A DNA stretch of 64,000 nucleotides from Mobula hypostoma (lineage: Eukaryota): positions 226,736,001-226,800,000 of the forward strand of contig NC_086097.1 of NCBI RefSeq assembly GCF_963921235.1, read 5' to 3'. The notes beneath the pieces were generated by a model. It saw only the letters and a program-made list of their open reading frames with translations. It was not told where the DNA came from and ran no database searches. Position 1 is the first letter of the stretch. Each line of letters opens with the position of its first letter. Below, in pieces: positions 39,375 to 50,002 of this stretch. A program made the position numbers and the translations under genes.

Positions 39375-40027
39375 AGATCTGGAAATATAGGTACATAATT
39401 CCTTGGAAATAGTGTCACAGGTAGATAGGGTCATAAAGGAAACACTTGGCACATTGGCCTTCATAAATCAATGTATTGAGTATAGAAGATGGGATGTTAT
39501 GTTGAAGTTGTATAAGACGATGGTGAGGCCCAACTTGGAGCATTGTGTGCAGTTTTAGCCAGAAAAGATGTAAAATCAAGGTTGAAAGAGTGCAGAGAAA
39601 ATTTACAAAGATGTTGCCAGGTCTGGAGGATTTGAGCTATAAGGAAAGATTGAATAGCTTCGGACTGTATTCTTTAGAATGTAGAAGATTGATAGAGGTA
39701 TACAAAGTTATGAAGGGTATAGATAGAGTAAATGCAAGCAGGATTTTTCCACTAAGTTGGGTGGGACTACAACCAGAGGTCATGGGTTAAATGTGAAAAG
39801 TGAGAAGTTGAAGGGGAACCTTCTTCACTCAGAGGGTCATGAGAGTGTGAAATGAGTTGACAGCATAAGTGATGCATGCAAGCTTGATTTCAACATTTGA
39901 GAGAAGTTTGGATGTGTACAAGGATAGTAGGGATATAAAGGGCTATGGTCCCGGTGCAGGTCGATGGGAGTGGGCAGTTTAAATGGTTTCAGCATGGACA
40001 GGATTGGTCAAAGGGCCTGTTTCTGTG
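39375..40027 (+). mobile_element. Degenerate CR1 3' fragment
   Basis: ORF 39545..39790 (KVERVQRKFTKMLPGLEDLSYKERL). Confidence 0.88.
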
Positions 40028-40449
40028 CCGTGCTTCTCTGTGAATCTAAGGCTGTATTTTTCAGACTTCAGGCTTGGTCATCCTAGCATGCAATGTATTA
40101 ATGGAAACAGGAAATAGTTTATGATACCCAAGCACAATTCACATAGTAACTAATTTCTGCCACCATTTATAGTTGTATGGAATTCCAAAAAAGTAAATGC
40201 CTATCAAGTTTATATTTCACTTTTTCCTCATTTTTAAAAAATTTTCCAGCTGTGTAAGGTCTCATTTTTTGCATTGTGTTCAATGTAGGGGGAAAAAAAA
40301 CCTCAGAAGGTATTTTGAGATCGGGAATGTTAATGTTGAAACAAAATGTGCCAACTGTTATCAGTAAATTGCAAGTAATTAATTGAAATTGAAGCAATTG
40401 CAAAATGATGTCAAGACACGAAGTAAGGAAATAAATAAGGCAATAGATT

Positions 40450-40659
40450 CACAAAATGCTGGTGGAACGCAGCAGGCCAGGCAGCATCTATAGGAAGAAG
40501 TACAGTCGACGTTTTGAGCCAAGAACCTTCATCCTGACGAAGGGTCTCGGCCGGAATCGTCGACTATACTTCTGCCTGTAGATGCTGCCTGGCCTGCTGC
40601 GTTCCACCAGCATTTTGTGTGTGTTGCTCGAATTTCCAGCATCTGCAGATTTTCTCGTG
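40450..40659. mobile_element. 210-bp fold-back Penelope-terminus element with 13-bp TSD
   Basis: Inverted arms meet at ttcatc|ctgacgaaggg; flanked by aaggcaatagatt (40437-40449) and aaggcaagagatt (40660-40672). Confidence 0.9.
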
Positions 40660-41586
40660 AAGGCAAGAGATTGATCATTACCAAACTCCAAGCATTGTAC
40701 TTAATGCAAACTGCAACACCTTGTTTCAGAAATATGTCCAGTTAAAACTAAAGTTGGGGGTTCAATTTATATCAACACCAGTATAGTATTTCTTATTTTA
40801 AATGAGAAAAGGTGAGAGAAAGCATACATCACAGAATCGCCTTTGTTTTATAATCTTGCTCAAACTCTCAGGTCTTCTTCCTCTGGTCTCTTAAATTTAA
40901 ACAATCTCCCTCAAAGGATCATTGGCAGATCAGCTTTTTAAAGAACTATGTTCCTAAACTGTGATGCAGACTCAGTTGACATGCTTAAACATCAGCTCAA
41001 AACCTAATTACTTAACCTTACTTCTAACTAACTTTGTTTTGACTTTTATTTTCATGTTTGCACTTTATCCCATTGTAAAGGCACTTGGAACTACATTGCT
41101 TGTATGAAGTATTTTCTCTAAATAAGTTGTTATTATTAATTTTTAGTTAAATAGACACAGCTGAACAAACCATCAGCATTGAAGCTATGCCCAGGTAAAA
41201 AGGCAGCCTGCTTCAAATTCATGCTGCTTGAGAGCCAAATGTTTTTATTGCTAGAGGTCTGTTGTACAAAAATAGTGGACATAAGCTCTCAAATGTATTA
41301 CTCTGTTTTCATCTTGTCATTCTTCTCCTTAAGTAAGAGCGAAGGAGAATAAATCACTGGAGGACTGTAGAATAATTGAAATTTGGAAGAGATGTACTTT
41401 GATGTAGCTAGAAGTGAGGAGAGAAAGATGGAAGAATTCAAAGAAAAAATTGGATATATGGGTGAACTTCGTCATATTACCCCTATTAGTGGATTATGGC
41501 CGTAGGCATTAAGTGGTACAGCCTGCAACCATCTCCTTACTGAAGTATATCATTACCAGGGAGTTGTGCCAACAGCTATATACATA

Positions 41587-42256
41587 GAAACATAGAAAAT
41601 AGGTGCAGTAGTAGGCCATTCGGTCCTTCGAGCCTGCACCACCATTTATTATGATCATGGCTGATCATCCAACTCAGAACCCTGCACCAGCCTTCCCTCC
41701 ATACCCCCTGATCCCCGTAGCCACAAGGGCCATATCTAACTCCCTCTTAAATATAGCCAATGAACTGGCCTCAACTGTTTCCTGTGGCAGAGAATTCCAC
41801 AGATTCACCACCCTCTGTGTGAAGAAGTTTTTCCTAATCTCAGTCCTAAAAGGCTTCCCCTTTATCCTCAAACTGTGACCCCTCGTTCTGGACTTCCCCA
41901 ACATCGGGAACAATCTTCCTGCATCTAGCCTGTCCAATCCCTTTAGGATTTTATACGTTTCAATCAGATCCCCCCTCAATCTTCTAAACTCCAACGAGTA
42001 CAAGCCTAGTTCATCCAGTCTTTCTTCATATGAAAGTCCTGCCATCCCAGGAATCAATCTGGTGAACCTTCTTTGTACTCCCTCTATGGCAAGGATGTCT
42101 TTCCTCAGATTAGGGGACCAAAACTGCACACAATACTCCAGGTGTGGTCTCACCAAGGCCTTGTACAACTGCAGTAGTACCTCCCTGCTCCTGTACTCGA
42201 ATCCTCTCGCTATAAATGCCAGCATACCATTCGCCTTTTTCACCGCCTGCTGTACC
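41587..42256 (-). mobile_element. Young 5'-truncated CR1, same subfamily as 55860-60194, TSD ATACATA
   Basis: ORF 41674..42294 is almost identical to the ORF2 C-terminus at 59520-60098; atacata at 41580-41586 and 42257-42263. Confidence 0.95.
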
Positions 42257-43372
42257 ATACATAATGGTAGGTCTAGACAATGATGCTTGCTCATCCTCTC
42301 ACATGATTACTTGCATCTTTTGCCACCTTAAACATGATATTTGTGCACCTGTACACTGTAGTTAAAGAGTAGAATGAACAAAATGCACATTTTCAAGCAG
42401 CTCTTCATCCCTCTCCATATCTCTGTGATTCTTTGTGTTCCCTGGACAAACCACATTTAGCTTTCTACACACAATATACAGACCATAATCTATGAAGATG
42501 TGGAAAAAATGGATCCATGATGAAACAAGAATAATGGTTGGATTTAAGTGTTAGATACATGTTTTCTAGGACACTTACAGCCTCCCCAGTGACCACATCT
42601 GCGTCATGTGCATCGAGATACAGCTCCTTGGAGAGCATGTTAGGGAACTGGAGCCAAGCTCGTTGACCTTCAGTTTGTTAGGGGAAGTGAAGCACTGTAA
42701 ACAGGAGCTACATACAGGGAGATAGTCACCCAGAGACTACAGGGACAGATAAATGGCTGACTGTCAGAAGAGGGAGGAGAGAGCATCAGATAGTGGAGAG
42801 CACCCTGTGGCCATCCTACTCAACAATAAGTACTCCATTTTGGGTGCTGTTGTGGGGTACGAACTACCTGGGTGAAGCAACAGCGACCATGCCTCTGATA
42901 CTGAATCTGGCCCTGTGGCTCACGAGGGTAGGAGATGGGAAAGGATAGCAGCAGAAGTAGGGGACTCTTTAGTTAGGGGGTCAGATTGGTGATTCTGTAG
43001 ATGGGTAAGGGAAACACAGTTGGTAGTTTGCCTCCCAGGTGCCAGGATCCATGATGTTTCTGAACACGTCCACAATATCTTGAAAAGGGAGGGTGAGCAG
43101 CCAGAAGTCGTGGTAACATTGGTACCAATGACATAGGTAGAAAAAGTGAGGAGGTCCTGAAAACAGAATACAGGGAGTTAGGAAGGAAGTTGAGAAGCAG
43201 GACCTCAAGGATAGTAATCTCAAGACTGCTGCCTGTGCTGCGCGACAGTGAGAATAGGAATAGAATGAGGTGGCAGATAAATATGTGGCTGAAGATTTGG
43301 AGCATGGGACAGAGGTTCAGATTTCTGGATAATTGGGACCCCTTCTTGGGCATGTGGGACCTACACAAAAGA

Positions 43373-43602
43373 ACACTCAACACACTGGAGGAACTCAGCA
43401 GGTCGGACAGCATCCGTGGAAAAGATCGGTTGACGTTTCGGGCCGGAGCCCTTCATCAGGACTGTAAAGAGAAGGGGCAGAGGCCCTATAAAGGATGTGG
43501 GGGGAGGGTGGGAAGGAGAAGGCTGGTAGGTTCCAGGTGAAAAACCAGTAAGGGGAAAGATAAAGGTGTGGGGGAGGGAAGCAGGGAGGTGATAGGCAGG
43601 AA
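43373..43602 (-). mobile_element. Penelope-like terminal fragment with hammerhead core, TSD AAAAGA
   Basis: Minus strand reads agtc-CTGATGA-agggctccggccc-GAAA-cgtc (43432-43463); aaaaga at 43367-43372 and 43603-43608. Confidence 0.8.
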
Positions 43603-44655
43603 AAAAGAGACAGGTTCACTTGAATCTGAGGGGGACCAATATTCTTGTGAGCAAGTTTACTAGAGCTGTTAGGAGTGGTTTAAACTAAGATGGCAAGGGG
43701 ATTGGAACCCGCATGATAGAGCTGAGGAAGAGTCAGCAGGTATATAAGTAGATGATGGATGTAACATGAATGTAAGGAAGGACAAGCCAATGGTTGGGTA
43801 CAAAAGCAGCCAAAGCAGAGTTAAATTGTACCACAGAGGCAAAATTCAGAAGAGTGAAGAATGCAGGACTGAAGGTACTGTAATTAAATGCGCCTGGCAG
43901 TCACAGTAAGGTGGATGAACTGTTTGGCATCACTGAGTTGTGGCTGATAGAAGGCCATAGTTAGGATCTTAACATCAAAGGATATACTTTGCATCGAAAG
44001 GACAGGCAGGAAGGCATAGCTGGGGGTGTGGCTCTCTTGGTGATAGATGGAATTACATATTTAGAAAGAGGTGACAGAGTGAGAGAATGCTGAATCTTTG
44101 GGTGTGGAGTGAAGAAACTGGAAGTGTAAAAAAAACACATCATGGGAATATATACATAGGCCTCCAAATGGTAGATAAGATGTGGGATTGAGTTTCCAAA
44201 GGGAGCTAGAAGATATGTAATGAGGGTAATGGCACATATAATGGGGAATTTCAATATGGAAGCGGATTGGAAAAATAATGTTGGTGTTGGATCGCAATAA
44301 AGGGAATTTGTTGAATGCCTATGAGATGGCATTTTAGAGCAGCCTGTGCTTCAGCCTACTTGGGGAAAGGCTATTTTGGATTGGGTGTTGTGTATTAACC
44401 AAGATCTTATTAAGGAGCTTAAGGTAAAGGAACCCTTAGGAGGCAGTGATCGTAATATGATTGAATTCATATTACAATTTGAGAGGGAGAAAGATAAGTC
44501 ACATGTATCAGTATTTCAGTGGAATGAAAGGAATTACAAAGACATGAGAGAGGAGCTTGCCCAGGTGGATTGGGAGGGGATCTGCCAGGGATGACAGAAG
44601 ACTAGAGATGACTGAAGTTTCTGGAAATAATTCACAAGGCGCAGGATAGAAATGC

Positions 44656-45750
44656 CTACCACCCCACCAGCCTTCGGGTCCAACATATTATTCTCCGTAA
44701 CTTCCGCCACCTCCAACGGGATCCCACCACTAAACACATCTTTCCCTCCCCCCCCGCCCGTTTTCCGCAGGGATTACTCCCTACACGACTCCCTTGTCCA
44801 TTCGTCCCCCCCATCCCTCCCCACTGATCTCCCTCCTGGCACTTATCCTTGTAAGTGGAACAAGTGTTACACATGCCCTTACACTTCCTCCCTTACCACC
44901 ATTCAGGGCCCCAGACAGTCCTTCCAGGTGAGGTGACACTTCACCTGTGATTCGGCTGGGGTGATATACTGCGTCCGGTGTTCCCGATGTGGCCTTTTAT
45001 ATATAGGCGAGACCCGACACAGACTGGGAGATCATTTTTCTGAACACCTACGCTCTGTCCACCAGAGAAAGCAGGATCTCCCAGTGGCCACACATTTTAA
45101 TTCCACATCCCATTCCCATTCTGATATGTCTATCCACGGCCTCCTTTACTGTAAAGATGAAGCCACACTCAGGTTGGAGGAACAACACCTTACATTCCGT
45201 CTGGGTAGCCTCCAACCTGATGGCATGAACATTGACTTCTCTAACTTCCGCTAATGCCCCACAATCCCCTCGTACCCCATCCGTTATTTATTCATGTACA
45301 CACATTCTTTCTCTCTCTCCTTTTTCTCCCTCTGTCCCTCTGACTATGGTGGAGCAGACTCGATGGGCCGAATGGCCGACTTCTGCTCCTTTGTCTTATG
45401 GTCTTATGACTATACCCCTTGCCCATCCTCTGGGTTCCCCCCCTCCCCCTTTTCCTTCTCCTTGGGCCTCCTGTCCCATGATCCTCTCATATCCCTTTTG
45501 CCAATCACCTGTCCAGCTCTTGGCTCCATCCCTCCCCCTCCTGTCTTCTCCTATCATTTTAGATCTCCCACTCCCCCTCCCACTTTCAAATCTCTTACTA
45601 GCTCTTCCTTCAGTTAGTCCTGACGAAGGGTCTCGGCCCGAAACGTCGACTGTACCTCTTCCTAGAGATGCTTCCTGGCCTGCTGCGTTCACCAGCAACT
45701 TTGATGTCTGTTGCTTGAATTTCCAGCATCTGCAGAATTCCTCGTGTTTG
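44656..45750 (+). mobile_element. Penelope-like element 3' part: GIY-YIG endonuclease plus terminal repeat
   Basis: PGTYPCKWNKCYTC then (V)IYCVRCSRCGLLYIGETRHRL..HF.EH...PVATHFN...LEEQHL.FRLGSLQPDGMN, the PLE GIY-YIG signature. Confidence 0.93.
45615..45652 (+). ncRNA. Minimal type I hammerhead ribozyme
   Basis: Stem I TAGTC/GACTG, core CTGACGA(A), stem II GGGT-ctcg-GCCC, GAAA, palindromic ACGT in place of stem III, GTC cleavage triplet ending at 45647. Confidence 0.85.
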
Positions 45751-48700
45751 CTATAGAGGAAGTTGTTCTGAAACAGCAGAGGTAGGAAACCATGGCTGAC
45801 AAGGAAAGTTAAGGACTGCATAAAAGCCAAGGAAAGGGCATATAAGGTAGCAAAAGTGAGTGGGAAGTTGGATGATTGGAAAGTTTTTAAAATCCAACAA
45901 AAGGCTACTAAAAAGTTATAAGAAGGGAAAAGATGAATATGAGGGCAGACTAGCCAATAATATAAAGCAGGAAACCAGAAGGTTTTTCAATTATATAAAG
46001 AATAAAAGGGAGGTGAGAGTTGATTTTGGACAACTGTAAAATGATGCTGGTGATGGGGGACAAAGAACTAGCAGATGAACTTAATGGGTACTTTACATCT
46101 GTTTTCAATGTGGAAGACACTAGCAGTGTGCGAGTAAGTGTCAATGAGCAGGATTGTGTGCCATTGCTTTTTCAAAGGAAAAAGTGCGAGGCAAACTCAA
46201 AGGTCTTAAGGTGGAAAGTCATCTGGATCAGATAGACTACATCCCAGAGTCCTAGGAGACATTGCTGAAGAGAAAGCAGATGTATTGGTCATGATCTTTC
46301 AAGAATCACTTGATTCTGGCGTGGTCCTGGAGGACTGGAAGATTGCAAATGTCACTCTACTTTTTAAGAAAGGAGGAAGGCAAAAGAAAGGAAATCATAT
46401 GCCACTTAGCCTAACCTCAGTGGTTGGGAAAGTGTTGGAGTCTATTATTAAGAATGAGGTTTTGGGGTACTTGGAGACCAATGATAAAATAAGTCAAAGT
46501 CAGAATGGTTTCTGTAAAGGGAAATCTTGCCTGACAAATCTGTTGAAGTCCTTCGAGGAAGTAACAAGCAGGGTAGACAAAGGAGAGGCAGTGGATGTCA
46601 TTTACTTGGATTTCCAGGAGGCATTTGAAAAGGTGTCACACATGAGGCTGCTTAACAAGATAACATCCTATGGCATTACAGGAAAGATACTGGCATGGAT
46701 AGAGGAATGGCTGACAGGCAGAAGGCAGTGAGTGGGAATAAAAGGGGCCTTTTCTGGTTGGCTGCCAGTGACTAGTGGTGTTCTTCAGGGGTCAGTATTG
46801 GGACTGTTACTTTTGCATTGTTTGTCAATGACTTGGATAATGGAATTGATCACTTTGTTGGTAAAGTTTGTGGATGATATGAAGATAGGTGGAGGTAGGA
46901 AGCAACGTCATTGCAACAGGACTTAGACAAATTGGAAGAATAGGCTAAAAAGTGGCAGATGGAATACGGTGTTGTGAAATGTACAATAATGCATTTTGGT
47001 GAAAGGAACAATAGTGTAGACAATTATCTAAATGGAGAGAAGGTTCAAACATCAGAGGTGCAGAGGGTCTTCAGAGTCCTCGTGCACGATTTCCAGAAGG
47101 TTAATTTACAGGTTGAGTCTGCGGCAAAGAAGGCAATTGTAATATTGACATTTAATTCAAGGGGAATGGAATATAAAGTCAAGGAAATAATACTGAGGCT
47201 TTATAAAACACTAGTCAGGCCGCTCTTGGATTATTGTCCAGCACTTTGGGCCCCGTATCTCAGAAAGGATGTGTTGTCATTGGAGAGAGTCTAGAGGAGG
47301 TTCATGAAGATGATTCCAGGAATGAAGGGGTTAATATATGAGGAGCATTTGGCAGCTTTGAGCCTGTACTCACTGGAACTCTGGAATTTAGAAGACTGAA
47401 GGGGGATCTCATTGAAACCACCCTAATGTTGAAAGGACTGGATAGGATGGATGTGGAGGGGATGTTTCCTCTGATTGGGGGTATCCAGAACTAGAGGACA
47501 CAGCCTCAAAATTGAGGGGCAGCCCTTTAGAATGGAGGTAAAGAGGAATTTTTTTAGCCAGAGAGTCATGAATCTGTGGAATGGTCTGCCACAGATTGCG
47601 GTTAAGGCCAAGTCCACGGTTATATTTAAGGCAGAAGCTGATTGGTCAGGACATCAAAGGATATGGTGAGAAGGTAGGTGTATGGGGAATGAGTCGGATC
47701 CAGGATCAGCCATGATGGAATGGCAGCACAGGCTCAATGGGCTGAATGGTCTCATTCTGCTCCTATGTCTTAGGATCTGATGGGTTTGGAAATGCATCCC
47801 TCAGTGGCATAGAAAGAAAAAGACACTACACCTTTCAAAGTATTACAAAAGTTATAGGACAATTTCAGTCCTAAACTGTCAAAAATTGCGGAAAATTTTA
47901 TGTTTGGAATTAGAAAAGCAATATGAGATGGCATTGTCTTATTTAGGGACCAGTTTTGGCATTGGTATTTAGGTGCTTTTATTTTGGATCTTGTGCTCAA
48001 CAGGTTTTTTTCGTGTAGTTTAAATCAAAAAACAATTTCAATTAAAGTTTTTAAGTATTCAAGATTAAATTTGATGTTCTATATTGCGATATCTGGAAAT
48101 GCTATAGGGTGATTAAAACAAATACTTAATGCCATTTAAAAAATTTCTTCTCCTGGACAATTCTCCCCTCTATCTATTACCCCCGTAACTGTACCACACT
48201 GTAAACATTTTAAAGTATTTTTTATAATGCTGTTTACATTGTAATACATACCGCTTATTTTATTCCATATCCATCCTTTAACCTCTAAATTCATTAGTTT
48301 TTAATGATTTTTATATAATTCTTTATTCTTTATAATTGTTGAATTTTGTTGTTCGTTGTATGCCGCACCCTGACTAACATGTAGTGAATTCGTTGTATGC
48401 CGCACCCTGACTAACATGTAGCGAATTCCTAATTTCTGTAAGCGTACAAATAAAGTTGAAGCTTGATCTAAAAATACCGATGAATTTCATTACTGTGGTT
48501 GAGTTAAGTACATTGAATTCACGATTAAATATCATGTTCAGTGTTTTAATATCTGGAAAACACAGAATGCTGGTCCGTGGGATGACCCAAATACGCAAGA
48601 CCAGGGGTTTATTTTGGAACTGTGGCTGGAGAAAGGTGGTGCTTCTCACCAAGAGTATTGAACTAAACGAGTATGGTTCACACCCAAGGTTCAGGAGAAA

Positions 48701-49576
48701 GATTTCTCAGTGAGACTCAATGGCTGTGACTATGTATTTCTCTCCAACCTCTATGCTTCATCTGCTGGTGTTATTTCTGGTCTTATGCCAACTAATGTAC
48801 CTGAGAGAAATTTCTTCACAGAAAAGCTTAAAGATGAAACAATCTTTCCAGCACGTGCACCTCCATATGATAGCAACTTCCATGAACTTTACATACCTTC
48901 AATTATCGTCTATTTCTTCTTCTTTGGCAGTATCAAGGACAACTTCCATTGTAGGCCCTGACATGACAGATGAGGCCAATGTGAGAACATAAAACTCTTT
49001 CATAAATGGAAGTTATTTTTCAATTTAAGCAACATTTCTCTATGTTCCTATGCACAGTTTTGAATTTTGCCTTAACACCCTGAATGTGCTTTGTATATTT
49101 TAAGGAGATTTTGAACACATACTTCAATTCTGTCTTATGACAGAATTCAGAATAGAGTATTTGCTTCAGAAGTCTGTGCCAGAAATGCAAATAGCCAGCT
49201 GAATGGCAATGGAGTCTCAATACTGGGGATGCTAACTTTGTTATTAGTCTGCTTGTCAGTCCAGAAAATTCAGAGAATTTTACTGAGACCATCTTTCCAA
49301 TGATTGAAGGTACATGCTGTAGCTAATCCAAAGAGGGAGCTTATGAAAAGGAAGCTTAAAATATCGTGAGTTTTATGCAAAGCTTGAGGTACGTACTGAT
49401 ATTTATAAGCCCAATCCTATGAAATTGATAAAAGGCGGTACTGTTGCATTGAAGATCATGGTAAATTGCTTGCCTTTGCCAAAAGGAGGCTCCTGAAGTG
49501 TGGAGAGTCATCCATATTTTCCCAGGTCTCTTATACGCTTCAGTCAATATATTGACAATGCCTGAAGCTTGGACTC

Positions 49577-49805
49577 TGAAGCACCTTCAATTACTCCAAA
49601 AGACTGAGGTTTAGTAAAATACTGAAAGGCTTTTATTCGCTGTACAATACGACCTCCACAGTGAGTGTCTGCCCCCGGACTGAGGGGGAGGAGCAAGGTG
49701 AACACCTTTATACAGGACTCTGTGGGAGGAGCCACAGGGGCAGTCAGCAGAGGGGTGTGTCCAGACAGGTAACCGAGTTACAACATATATACATGGTTTA
49801 CCACA
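49577..49805 (-). repeat. 3' LTR
   Basis: Direct repeat of 53893-54121; preceded on the minus strand by aaaaaaggaggggtgaa. Confidence 0.97.
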
Positions 49806-50002
49806 TTCACCCCTCCTTTTTTAAAAAGAGTCCCGCGGGGTGAAGTGACTGACAATATTTACAAGAAGTATATTTACAGGTTAAGTCTATCAGGCGGTCG
49901 AGTCCGTCGCTGTGATCTACGTAGCACCGGCGGTGATTGCACCGGCGATGGCGGTTGTGCTGGCTCCGGCCTGACTTCAGGTGCCAGCACGTTAGGCGTC
50001 GG

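Larger units (their letters stand above)
42580..47772 (+). mobile_element. Near full-length decayed CR1 (ORF1 esterase remnants and ORF2) hosting two Penelope insertions
   Basis: ORF1-like 43190.. (IVISRLLPVLRDSENRN); ORF2 fragments 44346.., 46285.., 46959.., 47475..; CR1 tail near 47760. Confidence 0.93.

Noticed and set aside
48352..48425. 37-bp tandem duplication
   Set aside because: Two copies within a LINE-tail-like remnant; no further structure.
48680..48992. Coding-looking stretch with short overlapping ORFs
   Set aside because: No recognisable domain or splice pattern; cannot be supported without a search.
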